Below, in pieces: positions 44,601-51,641 of a stretch of DNA of 64,000 nt (the first letter of the stretch is position 1; every line of letters starts with the position of its first letter). A model generated the notes under the pieces. That model was not told the DNA's origin. It worked only from the letters and a program-made list of their open reading frames with translations, and made no database searches. The position numbers and the translations under genes are program-made. The stretch lies in the NCBI GenBank assembly GCA_000165345.1, contig CM000429.1:320001-384000 (forward strand), in the 5' to 3' direction.

Positions 44601-44652
44601 TACGCACGATAAAGGTTTAGATCTCAATACAGATTCAGACTCAGAAGCTTAA
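35626..44652 (+). CDS. Giant multidomain membrane protein (3009 aa): signal peptide, TNFR/ephrin-receptor-like Cys-rich repeats, ~10-TM block, three ConA/LamG-like domains
   Basis: A single 9 kb ORF. The N-terminus MLVITEKIYHIKLLVIFLVIIIKIGVV is a signal peptide or anchor. Residues about 35-240 carry repeated C-x2-C...C-x-C-x-G-x-[FY] modules (CPIGYILEGNHCKLCESGTF, CTACGEGKYSF, CFQCSIGTYSE, CEICPNNQ). Many hydrophobic helices fall between about aa 260 and 760. The C-terminal 1400 aa hold three segments with the LamG_3/pentraxin-like signature (aromatic-h-h-V-h-Y...Y-h-N-G): FTIEVWVKLP...WVLVHIVYNMGSIKYYVNGRFIGS; GWTITVWFHYP...GWHMLTVVGK...EFYIDGQIMG; WSCEVWFYVPFE...VGWYHMVVTFN...YINSQCIGK. 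Confidence 0.8.
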   Translation: MLVITEKIYHIKLLVIFLVIIIKIGVVNTEHDLVCPIGYILEGNHCKLCESGTFSNKETNSCTACGEGKYSFPGSYSQSLCFQCSIGTYSEKEKSNSCEICPNNQITSTIGSTKKEDCFCMPGFKPASLRDETCVQCASTEWCYRVSPNSGGFWNVASYCYSVDLSKYSKDSTTHLLCNDMSLMSSKTANFQIPCFGSQCESLYRNNEVISNNNINSLMVVRCKEGSSGFLCDDCEDGYAKIDGLLGEVGSCKKCSLLNFTPFILSNLFIFGLIIYSVWVLRLEPTANEEEMPIVQVTIIRTTIQHMQFLGLLITTNVVRFEYFPNLTVAISYLGSSNSFLPLFQCLLSKFGIDRHGPEALKIYSIVISTMPFLLIIFAIIAAPILRYFREKEVRGFLLGRQEMEGECLQFQKSYFSWVFSLFIVSFFCYFSMSIKNIYSIISCTSLNIDIQNPTNSLMGSYVTPESMNLFQNTNNEIPGLLSVVSIAKENICWSHGHFVAIFYSLIGLVFWHILIPIVYLLCIYFDTKNDKIQRRRLVYGWWISGYENTNMNIWEITTYLSQIIYLIVILLIGILHTFNYVVAYYAVPGGSHYETLNPLCSPILSSFCCIVLTISLDSIYSFVRPNSQDFLRTGIQKVDISSVGVEDELLTEEQKQKQKVAYGGVNSKQTSRLNWSSYFYFIRRMSSFSIITVIFASILPRLNVNIENKIENLRGTWIDSVDTSLIPLGYGDFSIRFFSIFSVIVNYFFIFIILFSVLGIKIYKRVLPMLSSKSKVEVNIKSMSDFASSSDSIKQVNKGNQVNGRISNIGNAFVSYHDMNKTSQIGDQDGERVDDEISIEQLIRMHLRTDCLGFLSHEDRVSVVVAIKRCDNRQEGLAISLRATLDSRFGESGKYTLIENNLFVCESLRSYGFSDFGMEKLIEDLIEIHISITNRIKSVSRNSLKMALDLCIINYPEVAQKLGMEVIVPPDLNLNNMNEKSNIETNNNTEALYSLHLRKLLARLSLNALILDISDNFFRIPRSIPISLRLKLNRGTGLLFSEPNLENNGIENMELNHSLINEDTKDKKYNVPIPGYIEEEYNEPRSLDVDLMLSIKKLTECDPRTVLEETSHPIAFEKATRNSITSDKVLQTLFSLIEPEFKSQLRSSLELNKEELKEGIGELDRNQDEEIVQLLLGLNPDENIGSETILTLLNDLETIGNSTSDYMDNKSHLSDSEFHSPDEHKVSSVSKKIGFSLKNLKNKNNTKGDIVNEDSNAVQSKNKMSLKLKNSIYNLFLLRVLDLKSWLSQYRKQYIEETNKRMESLRQYNYLNFDNNFTIPQGNNTRNTSNTSSSIADNNNSNTNGVNENNNGTINNNSIIKSSELDVTAAASYSSKISIEAKENLKMMTDLVSNLNRYASPSMLFYYLQLCKRLSLGADFTMTSLIPDNLLYKGVISNEEALRLYREINPSLNFNDNPLGFDVATIHEFSALNTPNLNLKRELELTIESQREFNMIFPSALPCIHSIFWVPFDIYDDDNLWIIQSRERQNISQLLDCLSKDHPQIIELPYIDEEAMDEKMECVEFDKNDQGLTKQTLYTLLPQISNNGGIEDGSWLWSELPIRFAIDLNGLTIRKMHSSSNYPKSIYLSGNPLSVLGPQSPQWAFMSHKSDRINYLNGVCTLNYNIINNNNNNNNIDFDSSTIFGDQAIIVAPGIEVKGTSFTIEVWVKLPPLFDKLEEIKEEKESDSEVKNQKSKSKSKSRAKSRTKMEGRISSRAKSKKKKVDMLSSNKDKNQSLLSLSKLQKKLVEIKGGKEEDDENEQASLDGTNSEISGIQKESDDLNNVNMKKKLELPTLQVLCSTDAMEGLFTVHRPTGTIGFWDSNGRFLKCVIKNDQKEINKNEMQFKNSSYVASNIATLQNIYSQLGLIKRSTYCKETNQDIEQFINYIEDPLILDPWVLVHIVYNMGSIKYYVNGRFIGSIRKPNGLKGDISVIGGGLESGSGWGYFSQFRVYGVHTSNEQIKRRYESYISLNSDNSFITKINKLTSSTINWALTLWRSGAVGFFIWKYSQINLKQNDVTYLIELINRKRNVLCNGDIVDESDNDNSNLKNGILLFGVIIRILKGERSFPYYYVYEPLPYLESIQDENSEKNESNNKIQLSPMKYKMTSITSQLGYRITEDYKKIKLDNEKVYRMNPLFYQPSIVPGPGMSECLLLAFNTKSNNSGLLITPPIELQKKIINKNRNAKNSMNKDDQKKKGNGLLNGNFDEKNDEISEISECYNGWTITVWFHYPLLTNYSYTINNSSNQNDEDMVTNNSKKKSNSDIDHYIVLVTGKNDSHIIINENMDVGVYKNFSQISNNNININNNNNSNNSSNNNNNYNYYNNYNNNNNSNNNNNNNYNNYNNNYYNNNYYNNYNNNININNNNYINNNTSNYIEKGFYSSGFNLNKSELPIGWHMLTVVGKPRMEYTKTEDEKERSIVGGGGLGFTEITKPMQKNINLSTQYKWCQEFYIDGQIMGISSYCTHESIVMIGNSLFLENAFGIFTCPRIFSHSFSPMEIHTDFLSYNYLIKAGSWNSKDDILLQFDYNSITKEFRVLENPSNKLRYIYNFGSSQYSNKYDQLKNVTKDRRKKKKKQLLEGNLEIDDQSYWLDEMECQSPLFNYIETFLNNNSFDNEAKYIMAISNSMINQSESESNNNNDSASNNVKTNKINDILENFSNINKNNKEEVCQINVKNNGIITIHRGPTNENICIDPTQIFILEKKSGYSTEGGSVILERPVRLSKNWSCEVWFYVPFEITFHPYCLISNSDGIGFIVIGLNGELGSIQRKITNMYENNGVISKKNNKYDSKGYEKNNNRLQFLSWDVNLRDHVDVGWYHMVVTFNTTQNNTITTYINSQCIGKKMNAFELPHHQSPWIDCIGNLKSFKGNYIAPFGLFGHLKIYDFALSTIEVGLLYKSWMCHKNLKKEILNRHIKQEKSAITKNYTLYKNLMNKNNNFKEEERSENKDTHDKGLDLNTDSDSEA
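42648..42872 (+). repeat. (AAT)n-rich trinucleotide microsatellite coding poly-Asn/Tyr/Ile inside the giant gene
   Basis: AATAATAAT...TATAATTAT repeats encode NNNINNNNNSNNSSNNNNNYNYYNNYNNNNN... over about 75 codons. Confidence 0.9.
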
Positions 44653-44747
44653 AAATATATTGAATAAAAATTTGAAATGATTAATAATCTAAATATAAAA
44701 ATAATTTATAATTCAAATAATAGAATGATTTAAAATTTTATTTTTTA

Positions 44748-46427
44748 TTATTTATTGTTGATTTTACTATTAAATTGATGAATCATCATATCATTTGAAA
44801 TTAAATCTTTAAGCAAATCAAGTTTGTTTAGTATTTCTCCAACGTTGTTATGAAATTTGTTAAATTGACCATTGTTATTATTACTAGTAAATGTGATAAT
44901 TCCAGCTGGCTGATTAATTTTTGCAGAAAAAATACCCCTCTCAACGAGATGATTGACAACAAGCTGCAACTCTTGGCCATCCAAATTTAATAAATCTTGT
45001 ACTCTTTGGAATGAAATAGTTTTATAATAGCAAGAAATAATTGAAATGTTTCTCTCTTGAATTCTTTGCATGAACAGAGTAAATCTGTCTTTTTTGTTGC
45101 AAAGATTGATTTTGCATCTTTTATATTCTGTGTAGTACACATTATTCATTTCATAATCGTTGTTAGAGAAAAAGAAGCAATTTGATAGCTGATTAAAATA
45201 CTTAGGAACTGTATAGTTGAAATTTTTTGTTGATTCCAGGAATATGAGCTCGTTATTAATATAATCATTCAGTAAGTCTGAAATATATTGGACATTTCTT
45301 TCAATATGCTTCTGATAATCTTTGTTAAATTTAATTAGTTCATCTCTAATATTGGTTGAGTAAGGACCAAGAATGAGGTAAATGACATATCCTTCAATAC
45401 ATGAAGCAGTAGTTGGCATTTTCTCAGAAAAATTATATTGAGAAATAGGGGACTTCATATATTCTGGAATCTCACCGATTAGTTTTTCATAGCTATTCTC
45501 AGTGTCATTCTCAAAATTTGCAATTGAGTTGAGAAGGTTTAGAAAGCACATAGAAATTTCCTTGGGGCTTTGTTCGTAGTGCCATAAAATGATTAGGTAT
45601 TGATAATATATTACCTTAAGATCGATGAATTTTTCGATAATTTTCGGGTTTATCTTCTTGGCAAATATTTGAAGTCTAACAAAGTCTTTGCATAATAAGG
45701 AAAGTCTCATCTGCTCAAGTACGTATTGAGTTTTCTCCCTAAGATCCATATTTCCAATGGTTTCTACAGTTATATCTTCTAGAAGTTTAGAGGCCTCCTT
45801 CAAGTCATTATCTTCCTGTTTAATATTGCTGAGAATGAGCATCAATCTTGCCCTCTCGAGCTCCAGATATATCTTACCTTGAGTAATCTCACTTAGAATT
45901 GTGATAATTTTGTTACATTCCAGCATATTCTTGATTTCGTAGGAAATACTCCTATAAGATTCTTCTAAATTTGTTACGGTCTCAATATGTTTCCTAGAAG
46001 AGTTGTACTTTGCAAAATTGGGACTTAGAGCGACTATGGAATCAACTACGAGGTTTAAGAATAGTTGGATAATATATGATATCACCTTTTTAAGTTGGCT
46101 TCTTTTCTTACAAATTTTCTGAATGACTGATAGAGGTTCATCAATATTTTTAGAGTATTTTAGAAGCCACAAAATAATTTTATATATTATTTTACAGCTA
46201 GAATTCGAATCAGAAACTTGCCTGCATTTTTTCTCTAAAACCAATAATTCTTCGACAGCATTCTGAAAGTTCACTTCATTAACTCCAGCATTTTCCAATT
46301 TGGTAATTAAGCTATCCGTTTCTGCAGACAAGTCTTGGGTGCATTTTGGGTCTTTCACCAGAGATTCTAGTTCTGATATTGGATTCACAGTTTCATTCAA
46401 TTGTTCTCTAGTATTTTGGTCTTGCAT
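44748..46427 (-). CDS. RPN5: 26S proteasome regulatory (lid) subunit RPN5/PSMD12 (PCI domain)
   Basis: LSEITQGKIYLELERARLMLILSNIKQEDNDLKEASKLLEDITVETIGNMDLREKTQYVLEQMRLSLLCKDFVRLQIFAKKINPK matches human PSMD12 [83 protein letters not shown]. The C-terminal PCI/winged helix reads ISCYYKTISFQRVQDLLNL...AGIITF. Confidence 0.9.
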   Translation of the reverse strand: MQDQNTREQLNETVNPISELESLVKDPKCTQDLSAETDSLITKLENAGVNEVNFQNAVEELLVLEKKCRQVSDSNSSCKIIYKIILWLLKYSKNIDEPLSVIQKICKKRSQLKKVISYIIQLFLNLVVDSIVALSPNFAKYNSSRKHIETVTNLEESYRSISYEIKNMLECNKIITILSEITQGKIYLELERARLMLILSNIKQEDNDLKEASKLLEDITVETIGNMDLREKTQYVLEQMRLSLLCKDFVRLQIFAKKINPKIIEKFIDLKVIYYQYLIILWHYEQSPKEISMCFLNLLNSIANFENDTENSYEKLIGEIPEYMKSPISQYNFSEKMPTTASCIEGYVIYLILGPYSTNIRDELIKFNKDYQKHIERNVQYISDLLNDYINNELIFLESTKNFNYTVPKYFNQLSNCFFFSNNDYEMNNVYYTEYKRCKINLCNKKDRFTLFMQRIQERNISIISCYYKTISFQRVQDLLNLDGQELQLVVNHLVERGIFSAKINQPAGIITFTSNNNNGQFNKFHNNVGEILNKLDLLKDLISNDMMIHQFNSKINNK

Positions 46428-46583
46428 CTTTGTCTCGTTGATTAGATATTCTTCGAATATTTAGATTGATTATTACTTTTTATTCATCTATCAAAGAAAT
46501 GATTAATGAAATTTCTTCTCAGTTTCGCAATGTATTCTTGTGGGGGAAACGAGGGGAAGGAGAGGATTTATTAATATACCTGT

Positions 46584-46596
46584 TTTGGCGCGCAAG
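46584..46596. promoter_or_regulatory. E2F-like TTTTGGCGCGCAA about 160 bp upstream of RPN5
   Basis: TTTGGCGCGC core. Confidence 0.4.
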
Positions 46597-46899
46597 ACAA
46601 ATTGTTTGTCATCCATCTTGCAATTTTTGCATGGAAACGTACAAGGCAAAAACAAAATAGTAAAGTATAGGGATATTATTTATGATTACATATATATTGG
46701 GCAACTTCAGTTTTAGGCTAAATAAGTTTATTTTACGAGGATACCAGGAATATTAATTTACGAGTTATAAAACTAAGTTAAATAATTAAATACAATAAAC
46801 TAGATAGAATTTTTACTGGTATTTTATTCATTAGGCCGACAGATTTAAGCTTATTATTAATAATACTTTGGAAATGACAGGATATTTCAAACAATCCTC

Positions 46900-48933
46900 T
46901 CATTGCTCTAGATTTTCTTCGTCTTTGCTTTCCGAACTTGAATTAAAATCAACAGAATTGTTGCTTTTAAAAGTTTCCATCTGTTGGTTGAATAAATCCC
47001 AGACATTTCTATTAGGCTGATAAAGTTTGGAGTCTGAATTACACATGATTACATTACCATTCATATAGCCAATAAAAAGCCTGGTTCCATCCATCGACCA
47101 ACTAATACAAGTAGGGATATCAGAGGTGTTAGGGATAGAATTTGTGGTGGTAGAACATGATGTATTGATTTTACACAAAGGAGTTTGACAATTTGAGTTT
47201 GTGAGATCATATATAATCAATTTTGAGTCAGCATCAATTGCAGCAAAAATTCCAGGATGCACTGGATGCCAAGCTACATCAATAACATAGTTCTCAGATG
47301 ATTCAAAGGTATAAAGGAGGGTGAATGAACTAGCAAGTGGGTTTGGAATCCACAGTTTAATGGTCCAATCTGCTCCGGAGCTAAGAAAACAATCATTTAT
47401 TGGGTGATAGTCAAGGGAAGTAATGTAGCCATTATGCGCATTTTGAAATGTGCTTGAAATTACACCAGGCTTGTTAGTTTTAATCATTGTTTGATAGAGA
47501 GAGCCATCCTCAGAACCACAAATAATTGCATTTGGATTAATTAGCTTAGAAAGTGTCATGCACTGGATTGATACATCTTTTGAATTGGTTTTCCTTAATT
47601 GAAAAGACTCTACTGGCTCACTCAAGTTAGTTAAGTTCCAATTACAAAGTTTTCCATCCGTGTCAATTGTTATAATACTTTGAGAGCCTTTGCTGCCGAG
47701 AAGCTCCATACAATAAATTGGGAATGAGTGACCACCAATATTGTTCCCTTCGGAATCACTAATATTAATACTATTCGACTTTTGGCAAGGAATCTTTCCG
47801 CTTCTCGAATCCCAAATTAAAATTTCTCCATTATAGCTAGTTCCAATATACTTATATTGGCAATATGGGTCAAATGAAATAGTTAAAACTGGGCTTGAAG
47901 CAATAAATGTATTTTCCGGGTTTTTTGGAGTTGAAATGGACCAAAGCTGTACACAACCTCCATAATCGAACATAGTTCCACTACCCATATTTTGTTTCAT
48001 CCCTTCAAAACTTGAGTTTTGCGAAAATTTTGTTCCATAGGCTACAATAAAATATTCAGGGAAGGTAGGATGGCTTTTAATATTCATTACGGGGCGGTTA
48101 GATGAAGTTTCGTGCTGAAAAATCATACTATTTTTAAGCAATCCATTACTTGATGAAAAGCTAATATTACCCGGGTTCTTTGCTGAACCATCATTTTCAG
48201 ATGATAGATTTGATTCTGCAACCTCACTATTTATATTGAAAAATGGGTTGAAAACAGCACCCTCTCCCAAAGCTCTCTCAATTAATCTAGAAGCTCTTGA
48301 GAAGAAGTCCATAAACTCGCTACTTTTTAATATTTCATTATTATTCTCCACACTAATTGTTCCACCAGAGGGGGAGTATTTCTCTTCGTTTGTGTCAATC
48401 CTCATGACTAAAGGTTTGCTAGACTCGGAAACAGTTTCATTTTGGTGTAAATCTGCTGGACTCAGAGGTATGGATATAGAAAGATGTTTGTTTGAACCTC
48501 CAGTAGTGTGATTCTTCAAACCAGTATAGCGATCCGGAGCTACACCCAGTTGACTACTCTGAATAAGGTCCGCTTGAATTCCTTTATCAAATGTATCTTT
48601 TGTCGTTTCAAGAATATTTAGATCCACCTCCCCAATCAGTTTTTTCAATGCAGAACCTGGCCCTCGTAAATTATCTTCTAATGATTCAGGACCTATATCG
48701 CCCATTGCTGCTAAATTAAGGCCGTTAAATTGTTCCTCATTCCCTGTAAACAGAGAGTCGCTCAGTCCACCTTCGCTCAGAATGGAATTAACTATTTTAT
48801 CTACATCTTCTTCAAAACCTTTAGATTGATCGCAGTAATTCTTACTATAATCATCTAATAATTTTCTTTGAGATTTTAAGGTACTCTGGTGTTCCCTAAT
48901 AAGATCCTGAATTCTATTAGTCTTATTCTCCAT
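46900..48933 (-). CDS. Cytoplasmic dynein intermediate chain (WD40)
   Basis: The C-terminal WD repeats align with DYNC1I2. [26 protein letters not shown] matches [83 protein letters not shown] matches [53 protein letters not shown]. The N-terminus is a coiled coil. Confidence 0.85.
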   Translation of the reverse strand: [677 protein letters not shown]

Positions 48934-49534
48934 TTATGTAGCTGGAAAAAACTCAAATAATCAAGAATTTAATACCATGAAGTACTCAGAATATTAAAGC
49001 GTGTTCCTTCAATACCCATATCAAATTAATTGTCATTAGCCTCTGTTCTCAAGAATCACCAATGCAAATATTGATGTATTAAGAGATATTTAACCCCACA
49101 TCTGTCCGCCCGCCAGCTCTAGTGGCGGTATCATGTATTCATTTTTTTTCCAATAGCTATATCAATAAGGAAACAATTATGATAAGATAAAATCACAAAA
49201 ACAATCTTGAATATCAAGTTGAAAGTCTTTAGTAAATTATTGATTCATTTGATTATTTTTTGTATGAGACTTTTTCTTTAATAAATGATAATTTGCCGTT
49301 CAGCGGGTATTGGGGGGAAATCACGGTATTACACAAAATTGAATTTTTGAGCTGTTTGATAAAAGTTCTTTAAATAAAGACTCAAGTTAGATTCATAATT
49401 TTTATTAAAGATTAGTAAAATTTTTACTAGATAGGTGCTAGTCCTGAAGAATCAAGTATTTTCTTTTTGGAATGCAGAAATATTGATTTTGAGCTTTAAG
49501 TTAACGAGGTTGGAGCCTAATTTAATTGATTAAA

Positions 49535-51481
49535 ATGACAGCCTCCGAAAGATTGAAACAGATTTTGGAAAATAACCTTGAATCAAATTTTGAGAATTCT
49601 GAAGACTTAGAAGAGACTTTTAACGAATGGAGTGTAAATGGGAACTATGATGTGAAGAATATCCAAGAATCTAATTTAAACATTCTTCATGCTTTAAGTC
49701 AGAGGGAGATAATACATATAATGGACAGGGTTTTGGGCGGAGATAGCTTTGAAAATGTATTAGAAGAGATTGCGAAGGAATACCTTGGAGATGCCTGGTC
49801 TGCTTCTACAACTAATGCTGGCGAGAAAAACCTTAAGATTGAGGCGAAAAGTAAATTTGAATCCGGAGATAATGAAATGGCTGATGTGGCGCAGGATTTT
49901 GACGAGGAATTATGCAACTCAGAGGAATTTGTTACACTGTCCCAAAATGTACCTTTGAGAATTGACCATAACGAAAGACAGCTTTTAAAGCTAGTGGAGG
50001 GAACGCTGGAGGTCAGCAAATATACCGACAGAGTGGATATTGGATCAGCATCTAGGTCAAAGATGATTGTGAACGAAATAAGACAAGTTTGCGCAATTTT
50101 GAGCGGACTGGCCGTATCATTTGATTATGAGCTTGGCCAAAGGCTCATTAAGGATAGAAGTTTCAGTGAAAATGAGAAATTCTTTCAGACAGTTTTTGAG
50201 ATTGCAAGGAGATATAAAATGTTAAATCCTGAGACGATGAGGGACTCTTATGGAAAACTAGTTTTTTTATTGATGGATGCACAGAAAGAAAGTATCAGAG
50301 AGCTCCTGCAGTTTAGATGCTACAAGCCTGTGTTAACGGTTTATGAATTTCTTAAGAGTAAAAATTGCTTGGACGTTTTGAGCGATCCATTACTTCCAAT
50401 AGCTACGCGTAATGTCGAGCAGGTTGATGATGTAAACATTCTCAATTCAAAGCTGACAAAGAAACGACTTGCAATCAAAGAGTTACTGAGGAGATACGCA
50501 TCTAAGGACTATTCTGAGCAATGCAATAAAAAATCTACATCTCGTGGTTTTTATAATTTATTTATGCTCGGGAGGTCAAACCAAACACAAGAAACGGAAA
50601 TAAGTAATCAGTCTGGTATAGTTACAACTACAGGAAGCTTGGAAAATCTTGAAAAGACCCAAGAAACGAAGGATATCACTGTTGAGGAGCTTGAAATGTG
50701 TATATACTCTCTTAATGATCACGATGTTTTCCTATACTATAACAAACGTCCCATCGACAAGATGATCGAGTACTTGACAACTTTCTTCAACCCTCACAAA
50801 GAACAATCTAGGGATCTAAGTCTTTCTCTTGTTAGCGATCCGAACTCGACTGCAAGGCTTAGCCATGATCATTCGCGCCAATACCACTATGTACTGCAAA
50901 GCCTTACAATGTGGCGCGAGGTCCTTTTTAATATGATTAGATTGTGGAGGCTTGCAGAAGATGATTTACTTGATGGAAACAACGGATATAGGCTTGGAGA
51001 TACTGGTCAAGGTATCCACAGAATTCAATCTGCTCCTAGACTCTATAGAGCAATGTGTGAGATTATATCAAAAGTGCAGCGCGAAGTAGGAAACTGGGTA
51101 GGATCTTCTGTAATTCACCTTGGAGATAGGACAGTACCTAACGCTCTCGTTTTTATTGATAAATATCTTCAGGTGCCAAAAATATTAACTCCAATAGTTT
51201 TGTGTATTGAGAAAATAGATAAACTTTCTAATTCAAGCATTCATTTGAAGATATTTATTGAAAATTCGTTTGGAGGAGTCTTAAGTCTTAAACAGCAAAT
51301 TCTTGTAGATTTTTTCAAGCATGGGTTCGATGGCGGTGGAGCCGATAATTTCTTCGACGCAGGCTCTTGTATCGACGGTAGACTCACATCCGCATGGAAC
51401 TGGTGTTCAAATATAGAAAAGAAACCATACTTTCCAATTTTCCTACTAACAGGATTCGTCGGATTCGACGGGAAGTTCTAA
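49535..51481 (+). CDS. Conserved-looking hypothetical protein (649 aa)
   Basis: ORF from first ATG (MTASERLKQILENN...). The ORF-track start is TTG. No family is assigned. Confidence 0.55.
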   Translation: MTASERLKQILENNLESNFENSEDLEETFNEWSVNGNYDVKNIQESNLNILHALSQREIIHIMDRVLGGDSFENVLEEIAKEYLGDAWSASTTNAGEKNLKIEAKSKFESGDNEMADVAQDFDEELCNSEEFVTLSQNVPLRIDHNERQLLKLVEGTLEVSKYTDRVDIGSASRSKMIVNEIRQVCAILSGLAVSFDYELGQRLIKDRSFSENEKFFQTVFEIARRYKMLNPETMRDSYGKLVFLLMDAQKESIRELLQFRCYKPVLTVYEFLKSKNCLDVLSDPLLPIATRNVEQVDDVNILNSKLTKKRLAIKELLRRYASKDYSEQCNKKSTSRGFYNLFMLGRSNQTQETEISNQSGIVTTTGSLENLEKTQETKDITVEELEMCIYSLNDHDVFLYYNKRPIDKMIEYLTTFFNPHKEQSRDLSLSLVSDPNSTARLSHDHSRQYHYVLQSLTMWREVLFNMIRLWRLAEDDLLDGNNGYRLGDTGQGIHRIQSAPRLYRAMCEIISKVQREVGNWVGSSVIHLGDRTVPNALVFIDKYLQVPKILTPIVLCIEKIDKLSNSSIHLKIFIENSFGGVLSLKQQILVDFFKHGFDGGGADNFFDAGSCIDGRLTSAWNWCSNIEKKPYFPIFLLTGFVGFDGKF

Positions 51482-51641
51482 GGAGGCTTTATTAGAGGGA
51501 TCGTCTATAATTAAAAATGGTAAGAATATATTGAGATTAATATAAATAGGTTTTTAGACAAAAAAACTATGCATTCATAAATTTAATTGTATAAATAGCT
51601 TTTTCTATAATTTTTTAATCATGAACAAAAATACAGGGCAA

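Noticed and set aside
46466-46660. 64-aa + ORF in the RPN5 / dynein-IC spacer
   Set aside because: A short ORF spanning the E2F-like promoter motif. It is more likely 5' UTR/promoter of RPN5.
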